Assembly (NCBI RefSeq): GCF_902489465.1
Contig: NZ_CABTZZ010000003.1
Location: forward strand, 12,108 to 76,107
Source: an uncultured Varibaculum sp.
Lineage (GTDB): Bacteria; Actinomycetota; Actinomycetes; Actinomycetales; Actinomycetaceae
DNA length: 64,000 bases
Reading direction: 5' to 3'
In this document: positions 1 through 10,274 of the stretch, one piece after another
How the letters are laid out: every line of letters begins with the position of its first letter
How positions within the stretch are numbered: position 1 is the stretch's first letter
The notes under the pieces: model-generated
What the model saw: the letters and a program-made list of their open reading frames with translations, nothing else
Told to the model about the DNA's origin: nothing
The model's database searches: none
Program-made: the position numbers and the translations under genes

Positions 1-1065
1 GCGTTTCAAACCGTAGGTACCGGCAATCCCGCAGCAGGTGGCGCCTGATTCGTGGACGGTTAGCCCCGGAATCTTATCCAGCAGCTGCTTACCCGGGGTA
101 CCAATCCCCGTGGATTTGAGCTGACAAGGCGCGTGATAGGTAACCGTGAGATCCATCGGCTCCAGATTATCCAGGTCAAGTTCGCCCCGATCATAAAGAT
201 CCAGCAGGAACTCGGACATATCCCAGATGCGCCGCGATACCTGCGTGAGCTCCTCGTCTTGGATACCCAGAATCTCGCGCGCCTCATGCTTGACCATGCC
301 CACGCACGAACCAGATGATCCCACGATAGTAAGGTCATCCCCGGGGACATTCAAATCATGTGCCAGTTTGCGAATCAGTTTCTTTGACCCGTCATAGAGG
401 CCATTAGACTGTTGCGCCAACCCACAGCAACCGTGAGGAGGAACTAGCACCTCGTATCCCAAGTGCTCGAGAATCTGTACCGAGCGAATCGAGGTCGTAG
501 TTTCAAAGAATTCGCCCGCGCAACCGTGGAAGAATACGATCTTGCCCTTGGTGGGGGCCGGAGCAGTGCGGGTATGCTTCTTGAACCATTTTTCAAAACT
601 GAACCCGTCAGCCACCGGCATTGGCGCTTCATGGTGAATCCCGAAAGTTTTCTCTACAATCTGACGAATCGGTTTTTGCCGGAGCGCCCAGTTCGCCAGC
701 GGAGCCACCGGGGTCATCGCCTTTCCCATAAACATGGTGTTGGAGATGAGCACGTCGCGCAGCGGACGTCCATTTTGCTGCTTCATCGCGGCGCGCGCCA
801 CGTTATTTAGCTCAGCCACTTTCACGCCCTGCGGACATACTAAAGTGCAAGTCCCGCAGCTGGAGCAGTAATCAATAGTGTGGTCAACTGACATTCCCTT
901 GCGGAAGCGTTCGGCCTGCGGCCCCACATATTTCGGACCCGGGAAAAGGGGAGTGACCGCTGCTACCGGACATTGAGTTTCACAAATCGTGCATTTGACG
1001 CAAGCATCCAAGCTGGCGCGCATCAACGGATTAAACTCGGGTTTATTACGTAAATCCTTAGTCAT
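1..1065 (-). CDS. glpC: Anaerobic glycerol-3-phosphate dehydrogenase subunit C (Fe-S / CCG-domain protein); C-terminus lies beyond the left window edge
   Basis: Absent from the ORF track because it has no stop in the window. Hand translation of the minus strand from ATG 1065-1063 gives MTKDLRNKPEFNPLMRASLDACVKCTICETQCPV...CSSCGTCTLVCPQGV (two 4Fe-4S Cys clusters). It stays open for all 355 codons to position 1 and ends ...ATCCGIAGTYGLKR (CCG motif). The start overlaps the glpB 3' end by 8 nt, with GGGGGA upstream. Confidence 0.85.
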   Translation of the reverse strand, partial: MTKDLRNKPEFNPLMRASLDACVKCTICETQCPVAAVTPLFPGPKYVGPQAERFRKGMSVDHTIDYCSSCGTCTLVCPQGVKVAELNNVARAAMKQQNGRPLRDVLISNTMFMGKAMTPVAPLANWALRQKPIRQIVEKTFGIHHEAPMPVADGFSFEKWFKKHTRTAPAPTKGKIVFFHGCAGEFFETTTSIRSVQILEHLGYEVLVPPHGCCGLAQQSNGLYDGSKKLIRKLAHDLNVPGDDLTIVGSSGSCVGMVKHEAREILGIQDEELTQVSRRIWDMSEFLLDLYDRGELDLDNLEPMDLTVTYHAPCQLKSTGIGTPGKQLLDKIPGLTVHESGATCCGIAGTYGLKR

Positions 1066-2305
1066 TGGTATCCCCCAAAATCGTTTCACAAGCCCGCAAA
1101 GCGGAAGCTAGAGCAATGCCGTCACCGGACTTTTCCCGCCACCGGGTGGCTCCTGCTAGCAACCCTCCAGCGGCGTAAAGGTTCTGATATAGCGGATTCC
1201 CGGAAGCATCCAGTACCCGCATCTGGGAATCAACTTGTACCCCCACTTCGAATAGGGGCTGGTCTGGTCCCCAATAGTTTTCGTGAACCAGCGGTCCGCT
1301 CGGGATTGCGAGCGGTAAATTAAAGGCTCGCTCGGTTACGTTCCAGTAAGAATCCACATGCAACGTACCGGATTCAAAGCCGCCACCAGCGTAGATGAAG
1401 TGCTTAGCTTTAAGGGTGGTTTCCGAGCCAGCGGAATCAAAAGTCACGGATTCAACCCGGCCATCACTAACGTTTAGCCCCGTCACTTCACTGCCGATAA
1501 TGTAGCGTACCCCCAGGTCTCGTACCATTTGAGTGAGAGTCTCATTGATGCGCATCCCTGGAATCGAGGGCGGAAGAATCGGGATCTCGAACACTTCATG
1601 TCCCAGGCGGCGAGAGATATCCTTCCAGGCGCTGTGATCCTTCAATCCCAACACCGCGGGGAAACCAACTACCTCCCCATCTTTCAAATAGCGTTTAACA
1701 TCGTCACACAATTTGGCGCGGAAATCTTCGGTGTCGAGGGCGCGGGCGAAGTTCAACCCCGAAGTGTCGGCCTCATCCGGGCGTACCGGGATATCTATCC
1801 AGATATGGCGAGCCGAAACCTTACCTCCGCCGGGAATCTCTTCCTTCTCTAAATTCTCGGCTACCATTTGGGGATAAAAGTCCTTGAGACGACGTAGTCC
1901 TACGATTACGTACTTCTTTCCGTCCTCGGGAGCGCCCGCCAGCATTGACGGCTGGGGTAGGCAGGTGGGGCGCCAAGCCCCCAGACAGGTAGGCAAAAAT
2001 ACGTTCTTATCAGGGCTTCCTGCCAGCAAATCTGCCCCCAGCTGCTCTTTCAGCCAGTTAGCAGAGTCCGCCACTACCTGAGAGCCCAGTTTTCCGTAAG
2101 GATGGGACTCAGGTAACTTTTCGATCGCCTCGAGAGGATTATCTACCCGCTCCGGGCTGTATCCATACAGGTCAATAGTGCCTTGACCGAGCTGGATGCC
2201 CCCGATCCCCTTGGTTATTAAATCAACTTCCCGTCCGGCCTTAAGTAGTCGAACTGCAGCGCTAAGGCCGGAAAGGCCAGCCCCGATTACTACTACGTCT
2301 CTCAC
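1058..2305 (-). CDS. glpB: Anaerobic glycerol-3-phosphate dehydrogenase subunit B
   Basis: 415-aa ORF with an N-terminal FAD dinucleotide fold (VVVIGAGLSGLSAA). It sits between glpA and glpC with GTGA and 8-nt overlaps, which suggests translational coupling. Confidence 0.85.
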   Translation of the reverse strand: MRDVVVIGAGLSGLSAAVRLLKAGREVDLITKGIGGIQLGQGTIDLYGYSPERVDNPLEAIEKLPESHPYGKLGSQVVADSANWLKEQLGADLLAGSPDKNVFLPTCLGAWRPTCLPQPSMLAGAPEDGKKYVIVGLRRLKDFYPQMVAENLEKEEIPGGGKVSARHIWIDIPVRPDEADTSGLNFARALDTEDFRAKLCDDVKRYLKDGEVVGFPAVLGLKDHSAWKDISRRLGHEVFEIPILPPSIPGMRINETLTQMVRDLGVRYIIGSEVTGLNVSDGRVESVTFDSAGSETTLKAKHFIYAGGGFESGTLHVDSYWNVTERAFNLPLAIPSGPLVHENYWGPDQPLFEVGVQVDSQMRVLDASGNPLYQNLYAAGGLLAGATRWREKSGDGIALASALRACETILGDTND

Positions 2306-3948
2306 GCTAGTGCCTCCTTTACGGCTTCACGTTCCTGTTTATCGCGTTCTTGCTCGACCGGGTTGAGAGCAACCTCGCTCAGTTGTCCTTTGCCAGGTGC
2401 ATGCTCCAGGTCGAAAATACCCTGCATAATCCAGTTATCGAGGGCGGTTTCGCGGGCAGATTCTCCGAAAAGAATCGGTTTAATGCCGATCCAACGATTC
2501 TTCATAAATAGGGAAATCATGTTGGTAGCCCGCTCAACTGAGGCGACTCCCTGGTCATTAACGATACCGGCGCAACGCATGGAGCAGAATCCGCCTTGAC
2601 ACGGCCCCATCCCAATGCGGAGCTGACGGCGCAGATCATCGAGAGAAGCATTCGGGAATTCTTGAATGGTTTCTTCCACCATTCGCCGCGAAACCAGTTC
2701 GCATTCGCAAATAATCTGGTCTTTATTCCACTCTTTTTCCCGTGCCTGTAGGCGATCGGTGAGTCGATGTTGCCGGGAGTTCTCTTGCCCGGGAACCGCT
2801 TCCTGGGCGGTGCGACAAGGACGCTCATCCTTCATAATGTCGCACATAATGTTTACAGCACGTTCGGCCATCAAGCGGCAGGTAGTAAGTTTGCCACCCG
2901 CCACGGTAAGCATGCCCTTGACCCCGTCGCGTTCCTCGTGATCCATAACTGACATCCCACGGGACATATGGCGCGAATCGGTAGCTGCCACCCGGTTGTC
3001 TTTAACCAGCGGGCGAGCCCCAACCCATACGTGCAGAGGACGAGAATGACGGAACCCTGGCAGGAGAGCATCCCCTGCGTCTAACATTTGCTGTACTTCT
3101 TTGTCTTTTATCTGTAGGAAGTCAGCGCTAGGCGCCACCTGGTCAGTGGTGCCGATAATCGCCACCTGATGGGCAGGAACAATCAAGTCTCCATCTGAGG
3201 GATAGATACAACGATTAATTACATGCTGGCAGATGCGGTGATTCATAGCGATCATAATCCCGGCACCCGGAACCACGTTCACATCATGGCAACCGGCCAT
3301 AGCCGCGATTTCACCAGCCCAGGGGCCGCCACAATTTATGATGAACTTACAGTCAATACGGACTTCTTCCCCGCCGTTCTTGTGATCCTCGCAGGTTACA
3401 GCGCTGACTGCTCCATTGGTGACTTCAATACCGGTAACCCAGTGGTAGGGGAGGATTTCGGCTCCGTACTCTTTAGCAGAGTGGGCAAATCCCCAAACCA
3501 TTTTCCAGCCATCAATAGTGGCGTCTTGTACCGCGAAAGCTCGCTTCAGCTTGGGATCGAGACGAGGCTCGCGTTTTAACGCTTCGGCCGCCGAGATTTC
3601 GTAGGCCGGAACTTTGGTTTTATTAGCGCACTCCAGGAAAATATCCGCGTGCTCTTCGCTATCTTTCGAGGTAGTAACGAACAGTCCGCCGGTATCTTCA
3701 ATGGCATGGGGAACGATTTTACGTAAGATTTCGTTCTCCTGCGCACATTCAGTTGCGGATTCGGGATCTGATTTTACGTAGCGGCCTCCCGAATGCAGTA
3801 ATCCGTGGAACCTTGCAGTGGTGCCCTGGGCTAAATCCACCCTGTCTACCAGTGCGGCTTTGAAACCGCGCATTGCAACGTCGCGTACTACGGCACTGCC
3901 GGTGGCTCCGCCACCAATCACCACCACATCGACTTGTAGTTTTCTCAC
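2302..3948 (-). CDS. glpA: Anaerobic glycerol-3-phosphate dehydrogenase subunit A (FAD-dependent)
   Basis: 548-aa ORF. It has the motif VVVIGGGATGSAVVRD and a C-terminal BFD-like 2Fe-2S Cys motif (CECE...CQGGFC). GTG start with GGAGG 6 nt upstream. Confidence 0.9.
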   Translation of the reverse strand: MRKLQVDVVVIGGGATGSAVVRDVAMRGFKAALVDRVDLAQGTTARFHGLLHSGGRYVKSDPESATECAQENEILRKIVPHAIEDTGGLFVTTSKDSEEHADIFLECANKTKVPAYEISAAEALKREPRLDPKLKRAFAVQDATIDGWKMVWGFAHSAKEYGAEILPYHWVTGIEVTNGAVSAVTCEDHKNGGEEVRIDCKFIINCGGPWAGEIAAMAGCHDVNVVPGAGIMIAMNHRICQHVINRCIYPSDGDLIVPAHQVAIIGTTDQVAPSADFLQIKDKEVQQMLDAGDALLPGFRHSRPLHVWVGARPLVKDNRVAATDSRHMSRGMSVMDHEERDGVKGMLTVAGGKLTTCRLMAERAVNIMCDIMKDERPCRTAQEAVPGQENSRQHRLTDRLQAREKEWNKDQIICECELVSRRMVEETIQEFPNASLDDLRRQLRIGMGPCQGGFCSMRCAGIVNDQGVASVERATNMISLFMKNRWIGIKPILFGESARETALDNWIMQGIFDLEHAPGKGQLSEVALNPVEQERDKQEREAVKEALA

Positions 3949-4278
3949 CCTTTGCCTCCAGAATCGAACGCAGCCTCGCTGCCGCGCGTCCAGTCATTGC
4001 CGCAGAATCTGCTCCTGTGGCTTGTTTTTAGATTATCGCTCACGCTCAATTCTCGTGTGGATAGTGGGGAGTTTGCACATATTCGCGCTCGGTTTTTTTA
4101 TAAATACACGTCCTCTCATAAGCTATAAGGTTTTTAGCTGCAATTAGTCTCCCCGGCACGCTTGCACAGATTTGCAACGATAGCCGGCAGCGGAGAATCC
4201 CCCGTGCTGCACAATGATGGAAGTTTGGTTACTGGATCCGTGCCTAGCGACGCATGTCGGCTGCGCTAGACTGGGGGC

Positions 4279-4875
4279 ATGCTTTTATCTGACCGTGACA
4301 TTGCCAAACTGTGTGCCAGCGAGGAAATTGAGATTGATCCTTACGACCCACAGATGATTCAGCCGGCCTCTATTGATGTGCGCCTGGATCGTTACTTCCG
4401 ACTCTTTGATAACCATAAATACTCGGTGATCGATCCGGCTTTACCGCAAGATGACTTAACTCACCTGGTAGATGTGGGTCAGAGCGCGCCTTTCGTATTG
4501 CATCCCGGAGAGTTCGTGTTGGGATCGACCCTGGAGCGGGTGCGACTAGCAGAGAATCTGGCGGCTCGTTTGGAAGGTAAATCTTCTCTAGGTCGCCTGG
4601 GATTGCTTACTCACTCCACTGCCGGTTTTATTGACCCCGGTTTTAACGGTCACGTCACCTTGGAGCTATCTAATACTGCCACTATGCCGATCCTGCTCTA
4701 CCCAGGCATGAAAATTGGGCAGCTCTGTTTCTTCCAATTGTCGTCCTCAGCCGAAAAACCCTACGGTTCTAAGGAGAGAGGATCCCGCTACCAGGGTCAA
4801 CGCGGCCCCACCGCTTCTCGGTCCTACTTGGGCTTTAACCGTAGCGACGTGCCGGAAATGAAAGAAATACAGTGA
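4279..4875 (+). CDS. dcd: dCTP deaminase
   Basis: 198-aa ORF beginning MLLSDRDI...[10 protein letters not shown], with ...GFIDPGF.G..TLEL, all typical of Dcd. Confidence 0.9.
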   Translation: MLLSDRDIAKLCASEEIEIDPYDPQMIQPASIDVRLDRYFRLFDNHKYSVIDPALPQDDLTHLVDVGQSAPFVLHPGEFVLGSTLERVRLAENLAARLEGKSSLGRLGLLTHSTAGFIDPGFNGHVTLELSNTATMPILLYPGMKIGQLCFFQLSSSAEKPYGSKERGSRYQGQRGPTASRSYLGFNRSDVPEMKEIQ

Positions 4876-6023
4876 GCGAGAGCCCGCTTACTGATACCTC
4901 GACCTTCGCGCGAATAGAAACCGGAAAAATTCGCGCAGTCAGGATAACCGCGGAAGGATTAGAACCACAAAAACAAGCGGCCGCTATTAACCCGGGAGCA
5001 TCCTATATGCGCTCTCAGGGACTGCTGCCAGCTAGCGAGTTTACCCAAGCCGGTTGCCCACAGCTGGTAGTTTTCCCTGCAGAAGTTACCCCGAACGAAG
5101 TAGAAGCACTAGCCGTTTCCCTTTGGGAGGACGCGACTTGGCTCGCTCCCGGCAGGTTACGTCTAAGCGGGCAGGCAGAACTTGCCGGTCCCTTTCAAGT
5201 CGACCAGTCAGTCCGCGAAAACCTAAAGCTCCCTGCATATAGTGAGGTTGCCTTTCGTCTGGATTGTCCGCGGATGCGTTCTGGACAGTTAGCGGAAGAA
5301 TTGCGCGGAAGTGACCTGCTTAGTGACGCTTTTGCGGCCAGTGAGCCCATCGGGGTGGAATTTGAAGTACTTAGCGGCTTGTTGGCTATCTGCCGGCGCC
5401 TCGGAGGGAGCCTGCGGGTAGGGGCGGCTAGTAGCGCCAAAGATGCTCCGGCTCAGATCCTTTCTCCCGACCCAGACTCGGCGGTTAATTTAGCGGTGTA
5501 CTCGCCCTATTGGATAGAAAAAACCAGTATTCAAGAACTTCTAAAGCCAGTATTGGGAGAGTTAAGTCTAGACCCGGGAACCCCCGAACGCCCTAGTCGC
5601 TCTCAGCGGCGCCTGGAGCGAGAAGCCGAGTCTTTAGTTAGCGCCCAACTGGGCAAAGACAAACTGGATTGGATAGCGGCAGAAGCGGACGCCTTTGATA
5701 AAGAGATGGGCAGTCAACTAACCGATAGTAATGCTTACGCCCTTCACGGCTCGCTAGGGATGGGGGCAGATTTTTTCCTCGGAGCGGAAGCAAGTTTGCA
5801 GGTGCCGTCGGTGTTACGGTTTCATCCCCATTCAGGAAAACCGTTTGCTATCTACCAGCTGCAATGGTTAGAGCAGCCCCAAGGGAATCGGCGTCTTAAC
5901 CGGGTAGAAAGGGTGGCGCGGATGAAAGTGACTCATGCCTTTGAGGACGCTGCCCGCCTATTAGCGGAAGTCGCGGAGGGAACCGTAGTAGACGAAGACT
6001 CGTTCTTAGTTATCTGGAGCTAG
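4872..6023 (+). CDS. Hypothetical soluble protein of unknown function, translationally coupled to dcd
   Basis: 383-aa ORF whose GTG start overlaps the dcd TGA (GTGA). I saw no TM segment and no motif I recognise. Codon usage matches its neighbours. Confidence 0.6.
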   Translation: MSESPLTDTSTFARIETGKIRAVRITAEGLEPQKQAAAINPGASYMRSQGLLPASEFTQAGCPQLVVFPAEVTPNEVEALAVSLWEDATWLAPGRLRLSGQAELAGPFQVDQSVRENLKLPAYSEVAFRLDCPRMRSGQLAEELRGSDLLSDAFAASEPIGVEFEVLSGLLAICRRLGGSLRVGAASSAKDAPAQILSPDPDSAVNLAVYSPYWIEKTSIQELLKPVLGELSLDPGTPERPSRSQRRLEREAESLVSAQLGKDKLDWIAAEADAFDKEMGSQLTDSNAYALHGSLGMGADFFLGAEASLQVPSVLRFHPHSGKPFAIYQLQWLEQPQGNRRLNRVERVARMKVTHAFEDAARLLAEVAEGTVVDEDSFLVIWS

Positions 6024-6169
6024 TATCTTTTCGCCGCTAGCTACTTTCAAGGACTTCAAGCCAACAGCTACAATCACTCAACTTGAGGAAACAGCTACCT
6101 ATTTTTGCTAGCTAGTTTTTTCTAGCGGTGACTAGAATTTAAGAGTAAACGCGGGGTGTAAGGAGAAAA

Positions 6170-7873
6170 ATGAATCGTACAAGCCAGGACGCTAGCTCCG
6201 AACGATCCTTAGAGGTCTTGCAAGTCTTATCTGGACTGCTGATGGTGCTGTTTGTAGCAGTAATGTCGGTGACCATCATCGGGACTGCGCTACCAACTAT
6301 GATGTCGTCACTGCATGGCACCGAATCCCAATACACCTGGATCGTCACCGCCATGATGCTGGCCTCTACGGTAGCCACCCCGGTGTCCGGCAAGCTTGCC
6401 GATATGTTTGACTCGAAGAAACTCTTGATAGGGGCAATCGGGCTGTTTACTTTAGGATCTCTGCTTTCGGGGGCGGTTACCGAGGCTTGGCAACTGATCT
6501 TCACCCGCATTGTGCAGGGGATAGGCATGGGCGCGATCATGTCACTCACCCAAGTAGTTATGGCTCTGATTATTCCCCCGCGCGAACGAGGACGCTATAA
6601 CGGTTACATTGGGGCAGTCATGGCCATCTCCAATATCTCTGGTCCCTTGGTCGGAGGGTTTATTGTGGCCACGCCCTGGTTAGGGTGGCGCTGGTGTTTG
6701 TGGGTTTCGGTTCCATTTTCCCTGGCCGCGATGGCGGTGCTTTGGCGTTTCTTGAAAGTTCCGGCTGCGCAAATCTCGAAACCACGTATCGATTTTGTGG
6801 GAACCGCTCTGGTAACTGCGGCGGTATCAGCATCTTTGATTTGGCTATCCCTAGCGGGCAAAACCTTCGCTTTTGCCTCCTGGCAAACGGCGGTGATGCT
6901 GGTTTTAGCGGCACTTTTCCTGGTGGCTTTCGTGCTCTGGGAGCTGCACTTCCCAGAACCGGTGATACCGATGTGGATGTTTACCAAGCGCACCACCCTG
7001 CTGGCAATTTTAGGTTCAATATCGGTAGGAACTGCGCTTAATGCCCCGCCGCTGTTCTTCACCCAGTTCTTCCAAATCGCTAAAGGTATGAATCCGGCAC
7101 TCGCGGGGATGGCACTGCTTCCGGGTATGGTCGGTACCTTTATCGCCTCCACTTTAATCGGGTTATTGGTTTCGCGAATAGGGCGCTGGAAACGCTTCGT
7201 AGTCGGTGGTTTCGTAGTGATGTGTGTAGGGATTTTCTTTATCACTCTGATTGATAAAAATAGTCCCTACTGGTTCTGCGCCCTGGGAATGTTCCTATTG
7301 GGAGCCGGGCAAGGTGCCAGTATGCAAAACCTGGTGTTAGCGGTACAAAACGGAGTGAAACTGCGCGATATGGGCGCTGCCACCTCGACAGTTACTTTTT
7401 GCCGTTCGATGGGCGGTACGATCGGGATTCAAATCTGCGGTTTCGTGTTTACCTGGGAGATTGCTCGTCAAGTTAGTGCCGGGATGGCAAAGCTAGGGAA
7501 GAAAAGTGCCGCTATGGCGGATCTATCTACCCTGGAACTGGATAAACTGACCGCTGACCAACAACAGGTTGTCCGAGATGCCTATGCGGGCGCCCTCGGA
7601 GATATTTTTGTGCCGCTGCTGGTACTTTCCCTGATCGGCTTGGTTTGCGTCTGCCTGATGAAAGGCAGCGAGCTTATTTCGGAATATGCCGAGCATGAAG
7701 CCCAAAAGCATCAGGCAACGGAACGGGAACGCGAATTGGTGCGCCGCGCCCTCGAAAAGGATCAAGTTAGCCAGGAGCTCGCACAGCTTAAGCAGCAAAA
7801 GGATTCAGCTAAGAGCGAGGATGATTCCCCTGCTAAGCGTGAAGACCAGGATCATCCCGGAAAGAGTAACTAG
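6170..7873 (+). CDS. MFS transporter, DHA2 (EmrB/QacA-like, about 14 TMS) family, with a charged ~70-aa C-terminal tail
   Basis: 567-aa ORF with a strong RBS (TAAGGAGAAAA-ATG) and many hydrophobic helices. The GKLADMFDSKK motif in loop 2-3 is typical of MFS drug:H+ antiporters. Confidence 0.85.
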   Translation: MNRTSQDASSERSLEVLQVLSGLLMVLFVAVMSVTIIGTALPTMMSSLHGTESQYTWIVTAMMLASTVATPVSGKLADMFDSKKLLIGAIGLFTLGSLLSGAVTEAWQLIFTRIVQGIGMGAIMSLTQVVMALIIPPRERGRYNGYIGAVMAISNISGPLVGGFIVATPWLGWRWCLWVSVPFSLAAMAVLWRFLKVPAAQISKPRIDFVGTALVTAAVSASLIWLSLAGKTFAFASWQTAVMLVLAALFLVAFVLWELHFPEPVIPMWMFTKRTTLLAILGSISVGTALNAPPLFFTQFFQIAKGMNPALAGMALLPGMVGTFIASTLIGLLVSRIGRWKRFVVGGFVVMCVGIFFITLIDKNSPYWFCALGMFLLGAGQGASMQNLVLAVQNGVKLRDMGAATSTVTFCRSMGGTIGIQICGFVFTWEIARQVSAGMAKLGKKSAAMADLSTLELDKLTADQQQVVRDAYAGALGDIFVPLLVLSLIGLVCVCLMKGSELISEYAEHEAQKHQATERERELVRRALEKDQVSQELAQLKQQKDSAKSEDDSPAKREDQDHPGKSN

Positions 7874-7940
7874 GATTTGGGAACAGACTATGCCCACCTA
7901 GGGTAGGTTAGTAGTAACTATCAAAGCGGAAAGGCAAACC

Positions 7941-8210
7941 ATGGATATTGGCTGGAAAGTAGCAAGCGCCGCGAGCTTGGCGGGTGCAGGTTTGATCGCG
8001 AACTTGGCGGTTAACACCGGTTGGAAACTAGTTACCGGGCACAAACCTCCGCAAGACGGGGAGGAAGCGGCCCAGTCTTCGCTACTAGAGGTAGTGCTTT
8101 TTGCCGCTATTTCAGGAGTGGCTGTCACTTTGATTCAGCGGGCTGCCATGCGCCGCACCAACAGCTGGTACGGGGGACGTCACAAGGATGTCCTCGATCT
8201 AGGTAACTAG
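7941..8210 (+). CDS. Small DUF4235-like membrane-associated protein
   Basis: 89-aa ORF. The GWKLVTGHKPP...EVVLFAAISGV pattern matches my recollection of DUF4235. Confidence 0.55.
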   Translation: MDIGWKVASAASLAGAGLIANLAVNTGWKLVTGHKPPQDGEEAAQSSLLEVVLFAAISGVAVTLIQRAAMRRTNSWYGGRHKDVLDLGN

Positions 8211-8290
8211 TTTTCCTAGGACACGTTTTCCCGGTTCAGGACTTTGGTACAGCGGCCACAGATTCACCGATGATGGGCTCTAGGAGACCA

Positions 8291-9982
8291 TTAGCGACCT
8301 GAAGCCACCTGGCCGGTACACAGGGCAGATGTTTTAGGATCGGCGATCGCGCTGGTGACGGTGATTGCGCTCGTAGCTTGGGGATCCTCTAGACACTTCT
8401 TAAGATAGTCTGACGCGGGTTTTCCTCGATCGATTTGCCCCGTATCGATTATCCGGATAACTTTTTCTGCCCCTTTTAGCTGACAGGATACCCGATTGAA
8501 TTGCACCTGGTAGGAACTGCCAGAGCCCTTGGTATCGCTTACTCGGATGCAAGAATCAATCGGGACAGAAAATCCGGGTTCCGCAGCGGTCATGGGGTTG
8601 GCGGCACCGCGACCTACGGTTTGATTTTCCCCTACCTGTCGCCCCCAAGTTTGGAATCCCGCCGGAGACAGGGTCTGTAATTTCTTGTCTTCTTTTATGG
8701 ATTCTAAAAAGCTGTTGTCTACAGCGCTAACGCTCCATAGCTCAATGCCATCAGCAGTGGATACTGCTTTAAGCAGTCCCTCCTCAGTGGTATAAAGCAA
8801 AACGTCCTGGTGTAGACGCATTTGTTTCACTTTCTCACTAAAGGACCAGATCTCTTTTCCGCTCTTTCGCGAATAGCAGCCGAGCTGGTTATCGCTGGAG
8901 ACATACAGAGAATTGGTCGTCGGGAGCACCTGGGTTCCCGCTCCCAGTTTCATTTCGGTTTCGTCGAATAGGGCGCGAAGGGAACGTAACTTTTCCCAAT
9001 CCATGCGGAAGAGCTTTCCTCCCTTTTGCACCAGGTCTAATAGCTGCCCGGAGGTGTCGGTGGGAACTGTAGTTCCCTGCGGGAGGGTAGTGACACGGGT
9101 GCGCTGCGGCTGAATAAATAGGGAGCGGGTGCACCCGTCTGCGGGGCTGAGCGCCCAAGCAGTATCGTCAGCGTTGCGGATCAATCTTCCGGGACTGGCA
9201 GCCTGAATCTGGTTAGTTTCGGGATCCACCAAATAGTTGATTCCTTTATGCCCGATAACCCACAGGGTATCGGAGAAAGTTTCAAAAGTTTCTGGTGCTT
9301 GCTCTGTAGGTTTACCGTCAAGGTTGCAGTTACCGGGATCTGGCTGTAGCTGCGGGTCGGAAGCTTTTTGGGAAACTAGTCCTTCCGCTAGCTGTTCGCC
9401 TTGATCCGATAGTCGGAGGAGGGAAAGATCTTCCCCAACGAGGACGATCTGGGATCCCTGGGTAGCGATATTGGCATAGGAATCGGTAGATTCCCATATC
9501 CAACGGGCAGTCCCCATCTTCAAATCCACTAGTGCTATCCCCGAACCATTACCCGAATGATAAAGACAGGGCAGGTGTCGATGGTCTCCATTGGCGCCCC
9601 CGAGTGTTTGCTGAGCGCAGGCAGCTATGGGGGCTCCTAAGTTTACCGACCAAGAGGAGGTTCCATCGGTTGATAGTTGCAGGATGACGCCACTACCATC
9701 ACCAGTGACGCCGGCTCCAATGCGGTAATCTCCATAGGTTACTGGGCGAATGGAAGATTGTTGTCCCCATAGAGGAAGAAAGGACTCAATCCCGTAGTCT
9801 TGTGCCCGGAAATCCTCTTGCAGTACCGGTTGAACCTTAAAATAACCAGTTGATTGTGCTTGCCTGGAGGTGTAACGCCACCATAAGAAGGTTCCGCCAC
9901 CGATTATCGCCAATAACGCGAGAGTGAGAATTACTATGACCAGCCGGAAAATCCGGCGTTTCATGCGCCTGGAGCCAGCCAC
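8291..9982 (-). CDS. Membrane-anchored extracytoplasmic protein, possibly a beta-propeller (PQQ/BamB-like W-containing repeats), with a Cys-containing C-terminal domain
   Basis: 563-aa ORF. GTG start with GGAAGGAAGGA RBS and one N-terminal TM (IFRLVIVILTLALLAIIGGG). Recurring ..W(S/I).. strand motifs (SSWSVNLG, ARWIWEST, EIWSFSE, ELWSVSA). Confidence 0.55.
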   Translation of the reverse strand: MAGSRRMKRRIFRLVIVILTLALLAIIGGGTFLWWRYTSRQAQSTGYFKVQPVLQEDFRAQDYGIESFLPLWGQQSSIRPVTYGDYRIGAGVTGDGSGVILQLSTDGTSSWSVNLGAPIAACAQQTLGGANGDHRHLPCLYHSGNGSGIALVDLKMGTARWIWESTDSYANIATQGSQIVLVGEDLSLLRLSDQGEQLAEGLVSQKASDPQLQPDPGNCNLDGKPTEQAPETFETFSDTLWVIGHKGINYLVDPETNQIQAASPGRLIRNADDTAWALSPADGCTRSLFIQPQRTRVTTLPQGTTVPTDTSGQLLDLVQKGGKLFRMDWEKLRSLRALFDETEMKLGAGTQVLPTTNSLYVSSDNQLGCYSRKSGKEIWSFSEKVKQMRLHQDVLLYTTEEGLLKAVSTADGIELWSVSAVDNSFLESIKEDKKLQTLSPAGFQTWGRQVGENQTVGRGAANPMTAAEPGFSVPIDSCIRVSDTKGSGSSYQVQFNRVSCQLKGAEKVIRIIDTGQIDRGKPASDYLKKCLEDPQATSAITVTSAIADPKTSALCTGQVASGR

Positions 9983-10274
9983 TGCATCCTTCCTTCCGCT
10001 AACTTCAAATCAACTTAGTTAAGTCTAACCCGCACTGGTTATTTCTCGGTCATGGCGTGGCGGATATGCCAGTTAGTGAACAAGCTGGAGGGGGATAACC
10101 CAAATAATCAGGGCATTATCTAGGAAGGAAGGCGGGCTGAAATCAGAATTGTTTCTGATAGCTGGCCGCAGACAGGCTGCCGTGGCCGTCAAATAGGTTC
10201 GCAAGTTCCCTATTTATGGTTAGAATAAAGTTATAAGTTTGGGTCTAAAAGAATAGGCAAAGCTGAGGCAAAAC

